Source of the DNA: an uncultured Christensenella sp.
GTDB lineage: Bacteria > Bacillota > Clostridia > Christensenellales > Aristaeellaceae
DNA length: 37,408 nt
Reading direction: 5' to 3'
Assembly (NCBI GenBank): GCA_964609415.1
Contig: CAZSSU010000002.1
Coordinates: 1 to 37,408 of the forward strand
Part shown: one piece after another, positions 14,755 through 23,723 of the stretch
Position numbering within the stretch: the stretch's first letter is position 1
How the letters are laid out: the number at the start of each line of letters is the position of its first letter
Translations under genes and position numbers: made by a program
Notes under the pieces: model-generated
Databases searched by the model: none
What the model saw: only the letters and a program-made list of their open reading frames with translations
Told to the model about the DNA's origin: nothing

Positions 14755-15876
14755 ATGGCCTGGGAGGCATTGCGGGCATATCAGGAAGAGTTGCTGGAGA
14801 CCTGTGCTGTGGGCACTGACCTGGCAGTATATCAAGGGGAAACGCCGCTGTACCGCCACATGAATGGCTTTGCTGACCGGGAAAATGGTGTCAAAGTGAG
14901 TGCTGACACCTTGTTCCGGGTTTATTCCATGACCAAGCCTGTCGTCTGTGCGCTGGGGCTGATGCTCCATGATCAGGGACGTTTCCTGATGACGGAGCCA
15001 ATAGGCAAATACCTGCCGGCCTTTGAGCATATGCGGGTCAGGGAAGGGGAGGGGGTCAGGGAGGCCACAAACCCCATCCGCATTCTGGATTTGTTCACCA
15101 TGACCTCTGGCTTAAGCTATGAGATGGACCGGGATAGCCTGCGGGCTGCCCAGAAGACCCATGGCGCAGCTTTAACCATGGCCCATGCGGCGGAAGCCCT
15201 GGCTCAGGATCCGCTTGAGTTTGAGCCGGGGACACGTTTTTGCTATGGCTTGTCCCATGATGTGCTGGGTGTATTGATTGAAAAACTATTAGGCGCAAGC
15301 CTGGGGGAATGCCTGGCGGAGATGCTTTTTAAACCCCTGGGAATGACGCGCTGCTTTTTCACGGTGCCAGAGGTTTTAAAGCCCCACTGCGCCAAAGCCT
15401 ATGCCTCCCAGCCACCCTTTGGGCCGGAAGCTGGGATGGAGCCCTTTTTCAGAGCCTTTCCAAAAATGGAAAGCGGGGGCGGCGGCCTGTCGATGACGAT
15501 GGACGACTACCTGCGCTTCCAGCGCATGCTGCTGCGGGAAGGAAAGGATGAAGACGGGAGGACCCTCATCAGCCAGGCTGCGCTGCGCCTGATGCGCCTT
15601 AACCACCTGCCGCCAGAAGCGCTAAAGCATTACATGGAAGAGCGCCCGGGCTACGGCTATGGCCTGGGGGTGAGGGTGCTGATGGCGCCTGAAGCCATTG
15701 GGGCCCTTAGCCTGCCTGGGGAATACGGCTGGGCTGGCACCATGGGCACCTGGATGATGGTGGACCCGGCGCGTAACACCGCGGCGGTGTTTATGATGCA
15801 GGGAGAGCCCGGGCCTAACCGCCAGGTGCATCCCCGGCTGCGCAACCTGGTGTCATCAGCGGTGTCATCACAATAA
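14755..15876 (+). CDS. Beta-lactamase-fold serine hydrolase (class C / esterase / D-aminopeptidase-like family)
   Basis: 373 aa. SxxK nucleophile motif in VYSMTKPV, with length and layout typical of PBP4*/EstB-type serine hydrolases. No signal peptide is evident. Confidence 0.78.
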   Translation: MAWEALRAYQEELLETCAVGTDLAVYQGETPLYRHMNGFADRENGVKVSADTLFRVYSMTKPVVCALGLMLHDQGRFLMTEPIGKYLPAFEHMRVREGEGVREATNPIRILDLFTMTSGLSYEMDRDSLRAAQKTHGAALTMAHAAEALAQDPLEFEPGTRFCYGLSHDVLGVLIEKLLGASLGECLAEMLFKPLGMTRCFFTVPEVLKPHCAKAYASQPPFGPEAGMEPFFRAFPKMESGGGGLSMTMDDYLRFQRMLLREGKDEDGRTLISQAALRLMRLNHLPPEALKHYMEERPGYGYGLGVRVLMAPEAIGALSLPGEYGWAGTMGTWMMVDPARNTAAVFMMQGEPGPNRQVHPRLRNLVSSAVSSQ

Positions 15877-15904
15877 TCTGTTTTTATGGAATGGGGGATG
15901 AACG

Positions 15905-16624
15905 ATGGACTTTTTGATTACAGCAAACCCCCTCACCTGGCATGAGGTGCTGATACGGGTGATTGCCGCCGTGGTGGTAGGCGCCGCGGTGGGCCTTGAC
16001 CGGGAGTATAAAAACCGGCCTGCGGGCACGCGCACCCATAGCCTGGTATGCCTGGGGGCGGCGGTGGTGGCCATTCTGGAAGGGCTGCTGACAGTCCAGA
16101 TTTTTAAAGATGGGGTCAGCGGTGAAGTCACCATTTCCCTGGGCCGTATGTCCGCCCAGGTGATCAGCGGCATCGGTTTTCTGGGGGCGGGCACCATCTT
16201 TGTGGCACAGAAAAAAGTGTCTGGCCTTACCACGGCGGCAGGGCTCTGGAACGTGGGCTGCCTGGGGCTGATGATAGGCTTTGGCTATTATTGGCTGGCG
16301 CTGATCATTGCTGGCTTTATCATGGTGGTGCTGGTGCTGCTGCAGAAGGTGATCCATGTGAACACCGTCAAGCGCGTTGAGGTGCGTTTTACCAACCGCC
16401 CTTCCGCCTTGCCGTTCATCAATGCCTATATGCACCAGAAGCATATCCAGGTGCTGGATGTGGACTTTCACATTGAGCACTTTGAGGCAGATGAGATGCC
16501 GGAGCGCAATGTGTACACCAACCTCTACACCCTCCACCTGCCCCCCGGATTGAGTTATGCGGACATGGTGATGCAGCTCACCCAGAACAAGGACATCCAG
16601 GTGGTCAGGACAAGAAATGTTTGA
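15905..16624 (+). CDS. MgtC/SapB-family membrane protein
   Basis: N-terminal motif VIAAVVVGAAVGLDREYKNRPAGTRTHSLVCLGAA, multiple TM helices, then a soluble C-terminal domain. Confidence 0.85.
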   Translation: MDFLITANPLTWHEVLIRVIAAVVVGAAVGLDREYKNRPAGTRTHSLVCLGAAVVAILEGLLTVQIFKDGVSGEVTISLGRMSAQVISGIGFLGAGTIFVAQKKVSGLTTAAGLWNVGCLGLMIGFGYYWLALIIAGFIMVVLVLLQKVIHVNTVKRVEVRFTNRPSALPFINAYMHQKHIQVLDVDFHIEHFEADEMPERNVYTNLYTLHLPPGLSYADMVMQLTQNKDIQVVRTRNV

Positions 16625-16637
16625 TTTAAATAAAAAA

Positions 16638-16653
16638 AGGGCCAGCCGGCCCT
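16638..16653 (-). terminator. Probable terminator of the minus-strand surE-to-kinase operon
   Basis: AGGGCC-AGCC-GGCCCT hairpin. The minus-strand transcript would read the hairpin followed by a U-run (AAAAAAA at 16632-16638 on the plus strand). The stem is short at 6 bp. Confidence 0.5.
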
Positions 16654-16666
16654 GATATAAAATGGT

Positions 16667-18361
16667 TTAATCCAGCCCTTCCGGCCAGCTCGCCATGCGC
16701 TGGCTGGTTTTGTCTTTCATGTACAGGGTGTTGCCGCCAATGAACTCGCGCAGGATGGACAGCGGGGGAATCTCGTTGAACACCTCCGGGGATACGGGCA
16801 GGAAATAGTTCAAAATCTTTAAGATCCGGTTGCACTTGATGTAGTGCACGCTGTTTTTAGGCACCTGGCTTAGGATTTGGTAGGAAATGGTCTTAAATAT
16901 CGGCAGTTCATAGTGCAGGGCGGAGTTAAAGAGGATGTCCGCCTGCTCCTGGAAGGGGAAGACCCATTTTTCTTCACCCCGCCTGACGCTGTCCCACATG
17001 ACAAGGGTTTCTTCAGGCGGTGTGTGGCGGAACTGGTAATCCCTGACGATGCGGCGCAGCAGGCGCGCGTCGGTGGTGCGGATGCGGTTGTGATAATCCA
17101 AATTAAGGCTGGTGAGCTGGCTGATATAGATCTTGCAGATGATACTCTGGTCAAAGCCGCTGTGAAGGGCGGGGTTGAGCGCGTGAATGCCCTCAATGAT
17201 GAGGGGCTGGTTGGCGCTTACCTTCATCATAATCCGCTGGGGCTTGCGCTTTTGTTCGCCAAAGTCAAAGCGGGGCATGGGGGCCTCCTGGCCGGACAGC
17301 AGCTGGGCAATCAGCTCCCGGAAGAGCGGCACATCCAGCGCGTCAAGGGCTTCCAAATCGGGAAAGCCATCAGCCTCCAGGGGGAGTTCATCCCGGTTTC
17401 TGTAGAAATCATCCAGGGAAATCAGCTGGGGCTGAAGCCCGCCCACCCGCAGCTGAATGGACAGGCGGTTGGCGAAGGTGGTTTTCCCGCTGGAGGAAGG
17501 CCCTGAGATGAAAATGACCCGGGCGCCCCGATTGATGATATCCTGGGAAATATCTGACAGGGACTGATTGTGCAGGGCTTCGTTGACGCGGATAAAGTCC
17601 CGCAGCTTATCCTGGGCAATCAGGTCGTTCAGGCCTGCGGCGGTGGAACAATCAAGCACCTTGCACCAGTAGTTGGACTGGGCAAACACCGCCATCTGCT
17701 TGGGCATGCTCACAAAAGGCGCGGGGCGGGAAGGCTCAGCCCGGTCAGGCAACAACAGCACCAGGCCTGGCGCGTGGTGATGCAAGGCAAAAACCGGTGT
17801 ATGCCCGGTGGAGGGCAGCATGGCCCCATAGAAATACTCCATCATGCCCCCGCAGGTATACATGTTGAAATAGTCAAAAGGCCGGTAGGAGAGCAGGTTG
17901 GCCTTGTCCAGGTCCCCCTGATTTTTGAAGTATTCAATGGCGTCTTCCTTGCTCCAGCGCTCCAGAATAAAGGGCAGGTTTTCTGCCACGATGTCCCGCA
18001 TCAGCCCTTCCAGGGCGCTGACATCAGCGGCGGACAGGCGGTGGCCCTCCATCTCCATATAGACGCCCTGGCCGATGGAGTGCTCGTTGCGCAGGATGTA
18101 GCCGGGGAAACGGCGTTTAACCGCCATCAGCAGCACAAAGCGCAGAGAGCGCTCATAAATGCGGCGGCCTTCTTCGTTGAAGTAGTTGATGCTGGTCATT
18201 TCACCGGGTGTGGTGATGGGGGTGTTCAGCTCCAGCACCATTCCTTCCTTAAAGCAGGCCAGCACTTCGCCTGCTTTTTCAGGCATCAGGGTATTCACAA
18301 CCTGGCTTAAGGTGACAGGCGGGTTAAACTCACCTGGGATACCGTCCAGTATCAATTTCAC
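16667..18361 (-). CDS. Large nucleoside/uridine-kinase-family fusion protein: ~280-aa N-terminal domain of unclear function plus a P-loop kinase domain
   Basis: Walker A VIFISGPSSSGKTTFANRL in the C-terminal half, followed by a uridine-kinase-like region (LISLDDFY, IIEGIHALNP, RRIVRDYQFR). The start is reassigned to GTG 18361 (AGGAGG 7 nt upstream), which overlaps the upstream TGA as GTGA. The track ORF opens at 18406. Confidence 0.75.
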   Translation of the reverse strand: MKLILDGIPGEFNPPVTLSQVVNTLMPEKAGEVLACFKEGMVLELNTPITTPGEMTSINYFNEEGRRIYERSLRFVLLMAVKRRFPGYILRNEHSIGQGVYMEMEGHRLSAADVSALEGLMRDIVAENLPFILERWSKEDAIEYFKNQGDLDKANLLSYRPFDYFNMYTCGGMMEYFYGAMLPSTGHTPVFALHHHAPGLVLLLPDRAEPSRPAPFVSMPKQMAVFAQSNYWCKVLDCSTAAGLNDLIAQDKLRDFIRVNEALHNQSLSDISQDIINRGARVIFISGPSSSGKTTFANRLSIQLRVGGLQPQLISLDDFYRNRDELPLEADGFPDLEALDALDVPLFRELIAQLLSGQEAPMPRFDFGEQKRKPQRIMMKVSANQPLIIEGIHALNPALHSGFDQSIICKIYISQLTSLNLDYHNRIRTTDARLLRRIVRDYQFRHTPPEETLVMWDSVRRGEEKWVFPFQEQADILFNSALHYELPIFKTISYQILSQVPKNSVHYIKCNRILKILNYFLPVSPEVFNEIPPLSILREFIGGNTLYMKDKTSQRMASWPEGLD

Positions 18362-19305
18362 GCGGATACCTCCTTCTGCCGGGCTGTGGCCACTTTTTTG
18401 GCCCATTGCATGTGCTTGGTTTTAATATAGGCGGGGCTTTGCTCATCAGAAAGCAGGGCGCTGCGGCGCACCTTTTTAGTGCCATCCGCATCCTCTTCCA
18501 GCGCCAGGTCCACAAACAGCAGGCCATGATCCGGGCAGTCAGCCAGGGCGCGGAAACGGTCTGGCGCCATCATCACATAGCCCTCAGGGATGTCAGCGCG
18601 CTTGCCGCACACGGGGCAGTTGGGCTGTTGAGCGGGGCGGCTGAGAAGCGCTTGAGAGAGGGTGGAGAAGCGCAAGGTGTCGGTTTTTTCATGCTCCCGG
18701 TTTCTGACCCGGCCAAAGGCGCGCACGCTTTGGGGATGGTTCAGGATGGCGGTGGGATCGGGGAAACGCTGGAACACCAGCGCTGTGTAGTACGCGTCAT
18801 CAACCGCTGAGTGGAAGGGATGCTCCGGGCTAATCTGCACCCCCAGCGCTTTCATGGCGTTTTTGAGGCCTGCCCGGTTTTTGGTGTCCCCGGTCAGTTC
18901 GCCATAGAGGCGCTGCAGGTCATACACCGGGGGGATGGGGTGCCCCTTCACAAAAAAGGCGATGTTTTGATGAAGCACGGAAATATCGTCATTGCCCCAG
19001 GTGGTCAGCACAAACTCATCCCCGCACCAGGCTACAAAACGGGCAAAGGCCTCGGGGAAATCCGGCGCGTCTGCCAGGTCATCCTGGCGGATGCCGGTAA
19101 TCCGGGAAATGCGGGGGTGCAGGGTGCGGTAGTTGGCAGGGGCGATGAACTGGTTGAACGAGCCCACCATCCGCATGCCTTCATCCAGCATGACAGCGCC
19201 TATTTGAATAACTTCAAACATCAAACGGCTGCCCAGGCGCCGGTAAGCGGCGCTGCGCTGGGAGAGAGGCTGGTTCCATTCCAAATCCATGACGATATAT
19301 CGCAT
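18358..19305 (-). CDS. DEDDh-type 3'-5' exonuclease domain protein with a Cys/His-containing C-terminal extension
   Basis: Exo I motif in MRYIVMDLEWNQ and an Exo III HxxxxD motif in HSAVDDAYY. The C-terminal part contains CPVCGKR ... CPDHG. AGGAG RBS. Confidence 0.75.
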   Translation of the reverse strand: MRYIVMDLEWNQPLSQRSAAYRRLGSRLMFEVIQIGAVMLDEGMRMVGSFNQFIAPANYRTLHPRISRITGIRQDDLADAPDFPEAFARFVAWCGDEFVLTTWGNDDISVLHQNIAFFVKGHPIPPVYDLQRLYGELTGDTKNRAGLKNAMKALGVQISPEHPFHSAVDDAYYTALVFQRFPDPTAILNHPQSVRAFGRVRNREHEKTDTLRFSTLSQALLSRPAQQPNCPVCGKRADIPEGYVMMAPDRFRALADCPDHGLLFVDLALEEDADGTKKVRRSALLSDEQSPAYIKTKHMQWAKKVATARQKEVSA

Positions 19306-19319
19306 ACAATCTCCTGAGT

Positions 19320-20567
19320 TTATTGGCTGATTCTTTTGGCGGCGCTTGATCCCGCCAGGGCGCCGGTGGAAAAGGCAATTTGCAGGTTGAAGCCGCCTGT
19401 CAGGGCGTCCACATCCAGAATTTCCCCGGCGAAATAGAGCCCATCCACCTTTTTTGAGGCCATGGTGGAGGGGGATACCTCCCTAACATCAACCCCGCCC
19501 CGGGTGACCACGGCTTCTTCCAGGGGGCCAGGGCCGGTGAGGTGCAGCGGGAGGCGCTTGAGGGCTGTGATAAACTGGTCGCGCTCAGCCGCGGACAGCT
19601 GGCTTAGTTGCCTGACAGCGGGAACCCCGCACAGGCTGGGGAACACCCGGGCCAGGCTGGAAGGCAGGTATTCAGGCAGGAGGGAACTGAACTGTTTCCG
19701 GCCTTTTTCAGCAAGGTCCCGTTTAAGGCGGTTTTGCAGCGTCTCCCGGTCAAGGGCGGGCTTCAGGTCAATCCAGGCATTTATCTCTTTCCAGGTGGCG
19801 TCTGCCAGGACGCTTGAGAGGGAAAGGGCCAAGGGGCCTGAGATGCCCTGATGGGTGAACAGCATTTCGCCCTGCTCCAGAAAGCGGGTTTTGCCGCCTT
19901 GAGAAGCGCCGAGGGCCGCGTTTTTCAAACTAAGCCCTGAGACCTCCGGTATCCATCGGTCGCTGGCGTACAGGCCCACCAAAGAGGGAATAAGCTTCCC
20001 CACGCTATGGCCCAGTTCTCTGGCCATCCGGTGGCCTTCCCCGCGGGAGCCGGTGACAGGGTAGCTGACCCCGCCGGTGGCAAGGATTACAGCGCTGGCG
20101 GCGAGCTGGCTGCCATCCTGCAGCCTGACGCCTGAGACATGGCCATCATCCGCCGTGACCGTGCTGACGGGGCTATGGAGGCGGACTTCATCAGCGGTCA
20201 GCCCCCGGGACAGGGCTTTGATCACATCAGATGCCTTCTGGCTTGCGGGGAACACCCGCTGGCCCCGTTCCACTATGGTGTCACAGCCCAGGTTCCTTAA
20301 CCAATCCCGCAGGCCATCCGGGGACAAAAAAGAAAGCGCCGCGTGCAAAAACCGGGGATTGCGCGGCACATTGGCAAGAAAATCCTCGTGATTTGCCTGG
20401 TTGGTGACATTGCACCGGCCTTTTCCGGTGATGTAGAGCTTTTTGCCCAGCTTCTCGTTTTGTTCAAGGAGCAGCACCCTGGCGCCAGATGCTTTGGCAA
20501 AGAGGGCGGCTGCCATGCCGGCGGGGCCACCGCCAATGACGATGATGTCAGGGGATGATGCTGTCAT
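19320..20567 (-). CDS. NAD(P)/FAD-dependent oxidoreductase of the HI0933/YhiN/BaiN-like family
   Basis: N-terminal dinucleotide fold DIIVIGGGPAGMAAALFA, GKGRCNVTN, and C-terminal GLYFAGEILDVDALTGGFNLQIAFSTG. Confidence 0.85.
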   Translation of the reverse strand: MTASSPDIIVIGGGPAGMAAALFAKASGARVLLLEQNEKLGKKLYITGKGRCNVTNQANHEDFLANVPRNPRFLHAALSFLSPDGLRDWLRNLGCDTIVERGQRVFPASQKASDVIKALSRGLTADEVRLHSPVSTVTADDGHVSGVRLQDGSQLAASAVILATGGVSYPVTGSRGEGHRMARELGHSVGKLIPSLVGLYASDRWIPEVSGLSLKNAALGASQGGKTRFLEQGEMLFTHQGISGPLALSLSSVLADATWKEINAWIDLKPALDRETLQNRLKRDLAEKGRKQFSSLLPEYLPSSLARVFPSLCGVPAVRQLSQLSAAERDQFITALKRLPLHLTGPGPLEEAVVTRGGVDVREVSPSTMASKKVDGLYFAGEILDVDALTGGFNLQIAFSTGALAGSSAAKRISQ

Positions 20568-21307
20568 AGCAGGGGGCGGTACAGCTCGTTGTGGTTTTTA
20601 AAGCCGCCCACGAAGCTCACCGTCATATGGCCGTTTTGCAGCAGGTCCAGGTCGCTGCCCTTTTCGGGCGTTTCGTACCTGACCCCGTCTTCCAGCCAGA
20701 AGTATTTGATTCCCCGGGGGTTCACCCGCTCCTCATAATCGTCCAGGAAGAAAGCCTCGCTGATGGGGGCGATTTGAGCGGCCTTGACCTGGTCAGGGGG
20801 TAGGGCAGGGCCGTTCAGGTTGCAGAAGGTGAGGCGGGGCATGGGCCGCTTGAGGATGTAATTCATGATGTCAAGCGCCTGTTCTGCCAGGTGTTTCCGC
20901 ATCTCCTCATCCGCCCCGTAGCCGATGGAAATGGCCATGCTGGGGATGTTGAGCATCGCCGCTTCCCGGGCAGCGGCGGCTGTGCCTGAATAAAACAGCG
21001 CCGTGCCTACGTTTTCCCCGTCGTTGATGCCGGAGAGGCAAAAGTCGATGGGCTTATCGCTCAGCCGCCTGCCGATGCGCACACAGTCCACCGGGGTGCC
21101 CTCCACCGAAAAGGCGGGGAAGGCGGCGTCCAGGAAACGCTCCCTGACCATCAGGCTGTGGGTGATGGTGAGGCGGTGCCCGGCAGCGCTTTGCTGGGTG
21201 GCGGGGGCAGACACCAGCACATCGTGCCCGGCCTTGGCCGCGGTTCTGGCCAGCGTCAGAATGCCCGGCGCGTCAACGCCGTCATCGTTGGTTATCAGCA
21301 GTCGCAT
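20564..21307 (-). CDS. surE: 5'/3'-nucleotidase SurE
   Basis: MRLLITNDDGVDAPGI, SGINDGENVG and YSGTAAAAREA. The start is taken at the second ATG (21307), which has AAAGGA 6 nt upstream. The stop overlaps the next ATG (ATGA). Confidence 0.9.
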   Translation of the reverse strand: MRLLITNDDGVDAPGILTLARTAAKAGHDVLVSAPATQQSAAGHRLTITHSLMVRERFLDAAFPAFSVEGTPVDCVRIGRRLSDKPIDFCLSGINDGENVGTALFYSGTAAAAREAAMLNIPSMAISIGYGADEEMRKHLAEQALDIMNYILKRPMPRLTFCNLNGPALPPDQVKAAQIAPISEAFFLDDYEERVNPRGIKYFWLEDGVRYETPEKGSDLDLLQNGHMTVSFVGGFKNHNELYRPLL

Positions 21308-21447
21308 AGATTGTCCTTTCATCGTGGAAAAGTCTCCCGGAAGCTCATGCTTCCAATCGCCATCCTACCATATATACCCTTCATCAGCAAGAGAATTGGC
21401 TTGTCTGTTAAGGCCCCCTGGCTTATACTGGGCAGGAGGTGATACGC

Positions 21448-22200
21448 ATGCAGGAACGGGTGGATATCTGGGCACGGCGTCCCAATCAGGATCATGGGCT
21501 GATGCAGTTGGTGGCCATTGTCACCATGATCATCGACCATGTGGGGGCCATCTTTTTTCCCAGCATCATGTTGTTGAGGGTGATTGGGAGAATCGCCTTC
21601 CCGCTGTTTTGCTGGGGCATCGCCATGGGCGCTGAAAAAACCAGGGATTTCAACCGTTATGCCCTGCGGCTTTTGGTGTTGGGGGTTATCTCCCAGATCT
21701 TTTACATGAAGGCACTCAACCACTCCTGGCATGAGCTGAACGTGCTGGCTACGCTGCTGCTGGGCCTGCTTGCCATCCGGGGCATCCAGGTGAAGCGCTT
21801 TGGCACTCAGCTGTGGGGACCACTGGTATGCCTCATCATTGCGGCGGCTTACCGCATGGACTATGGCTGGCAGGGGGTCATGCTCATCATCCTGATGTAT
21901 CTGGCCAGGCACACACGGGGTGGCCTGACAGCGCTGATGGTTAGCTTTTGTCTGTTGTGGGGCAGCCGCTCCGGCCCGATGTTCTATGGTGTATCGCTCA
22001 ACAGCGGCTTCCTGCCCCTGGATATTGGGTTAAGCCAATTGATATCACTGATCAGCCTCCAGTTCCTGGCCATCCTGTCGCTGCCGCTGATGATGTTTCA
22101 AACAAACTCCGGCATCAAGCTGCCCAAATGGTTCAGTTACGCGGCCTACCCCGGGCATCTGCTGATTTTATGGCTGATCAAAATGGCGCTAAAAGGATGA
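21448..22200 (+). CDS. TraX-family membrane protein
   Basis: LMQLVAIVTMIIDHVGAIFFP and RVIGRIAFPLFCWGIAMG are typical of the TraX family. The protein is polytopic. ATG 21448 has GGAGGT 7 nt upstream. Confidence 0.78.
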   Translation: MQERVDIWARRPNQDHGLMQLVAIVTMIIDHVGAIFFPSIMLLRVIGRIAFPLFCWGIAMGAEKTRDFNRYALRLLVLGVISQIFYMKALNHSWHELNVLATLLLGLLAIRGIQVKRFGTQLWGPLVCLIIAAAYRMDYGWQGVMLIILMYLARHTRGGLTALMVSFCLLWGSRSGPMFYGVSLNSGFLPLDIGLSQLISLISLQFLAILSLPLMMFQTNSGIKLPKWFSYAAYPGHLLILWLIKMALKG

Positions 22201-23723
22201 ATGATTTGAAGAAAAGAAAACACTTGCTTGGCCTGATGCTGGCCATGACGATGACCCTTAGCCTTGTGACAACGGGCCTTGCCCAGACCATGACGCTGAT
22301 GGGCTTTGAGGATCCGGCCATTGGCCGGGACTGGAACAAAAACCAGTTTTTCCAGCACATGGCGCAGAAGACAGGCCTGGACTTCACCTTCCGCCAGTAC
22401 AGGGATGAGGCCGCCTACCATCAGGCGCTTGCTGCGCTGGGGGAGGACGGGCAGCCGCTGCCTGATGTGCTGTTCAAAGCGGCGCTGAGGCCGGATGAAA
22501 CCATGCAGCTGCTGGATTTGGGGGTGCTGATCGACCTGGCGCCTTATCTTGAAGCCCATTGCCCCAACCTGACAGCGCTGATGGCGGAAAATCCCAACTT
22601 GCGCCAGGCCATCACCTTGCCAGGCGGCCGGATTGGCGCTTTGCCCTTTGTGGAGATGGCACCCGCGCAAAATGTTTTGTGGATTAATAAAAGCTGGCTG
22701 GACAGCTTGAAACTGGACATGCCGGTGGACAGCGAAGCGCTAAGCGACGTGCTCCGCGCCTTTAAAACCGGTGACCCCAACCGCAATGGCCGTCAGGATG
22801 AGGTGCCCCTGTCTTTCATGGGGCCATATGACTTGAAATACCTGGCCCATGCCTTTGGTCTGCTTGCCAATGACTATCATGTTTTTATCGATGATGACAC
22901 TGTCCGCTTCATGCCGCTGGAACCGGACTTCATGCGCTTTATATCCTGGTGCCGGGCGTTGTACCAGGAAGGCTTGCTGGCCAAAGATGGCTTTGCCACC
23001 CTGGACACTTTCAGGCGGATAACGGATGCCAAGGCCACCAAGCGCTATGGCGCTTTCTTCGCCCCTTTGCCCACCTATCTGCTGCCTTTGGAATGGGCGG
23101 GGGAATACCAGGCGCTGCCCCCCCTAAGCTATCAGGGCAGGCAGGTGTACCGGTCTATTGCCCAGCCGGTGCTGACAGGCACCTTTGCCATCACCAGCGC
23201 CTGCCCGGATGTGGGGGCTGCCCTCAGCTGGGCAGATACGCTCTACAGCCCTGAAGGCGCTGTGCTGGCGGGCATTGGGCTGGAAGGAACGGACTATGTG
23301 GTGGATGGGGATAGCAGCTGGCGCAGCATTCCCGGCATCCAGGATCCCCAGTATCAAACAGACAGCATCATTTCCACTGGCACCACCATCCCCGGCATAT
23401 CAAGCGATGCCTTTCAGCGCCGCTACAGCGACCCCATGGTGAAAACCCTGTCAGAGCAGGTGGATGTGGTGTCGGCTGTAGCCAGGATGCCCTTCCCGCT
23501 TTTTTTGCTGACAGCTGGGGAGATGGCGGAGATTGCCCCTTTGCAGGCAGAGATCGCCCGGCATGTGGATGTGTCCATGGCGCGATTTATCCTGGGGGAG
23601 CGGGAAATTTCAAGAGCGGAATTTGACCTGTTCAGAAGTGAGCTGGAGGAACGGGGGCTTGCCCGGTTCCTGGCCTTCTGGCAGGGGATATACAACAGAA
23701 CGGAGGAACAAAACAATGACTGA
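22197..23723 (+). CDS. Extracellular solute-binding protein (large ~500-aa sugar-ABC type) with signal peptide but no lipobox cysteine
   Basis: 508 aa from ATG 22197, which overlaps the traX TGA as ATGA. The N-terminus KKRKHLLGLMLAMTMTLSLVTTGLAQ is a signal peptide. The body resembles family-1 SBPs of the LplA/DUF3502 type. No permease or ATPase genes lie in the window. Confidence 0.7.
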   Translation: MNDLKKRKHLLGLMLAMTMTLSLVTTGLAQTMTLMGFEDPAIGRDWNKNQFFQHMAQKTGLDFTFRQYRDEAAYHQALAALGEDGQPLPDVLFKAALRPDETMQLLDLGVLIDLAPYLEAHCPNLTALMAENPNLRQAITLPGGRIGALPFVEMAPAQNVLWINKSWLDSLKLDMPVDSEALSDVLRAFKTGDPNRNGRQDEVPLSFMGPYDLKYLAHAFGLLANDYHVFIDDDTVRFMPLEPDFMRFISWCRALYQEGLLAKDGFATLDTFRRITDAKATKRYGAFFAPLPTYLLPLEWAGEYQALPPLSYQGRQVYRSIAQPVLTGTFAITSACPDVGAALSWADTLYSPEGAVLAGIGLEGTDYVVDGDSSWRSIPGIQDPQYQTDSIISTGTTIPGISSDAFQRRYSDPMVKTLSEQVDVVSAVARMPFPLFLLTAGEMAEIAPLQAEIARHVDVSMARFILGEREISRAEFDLFRSELEERGLARFLAFWQGIYNRTEEQNND

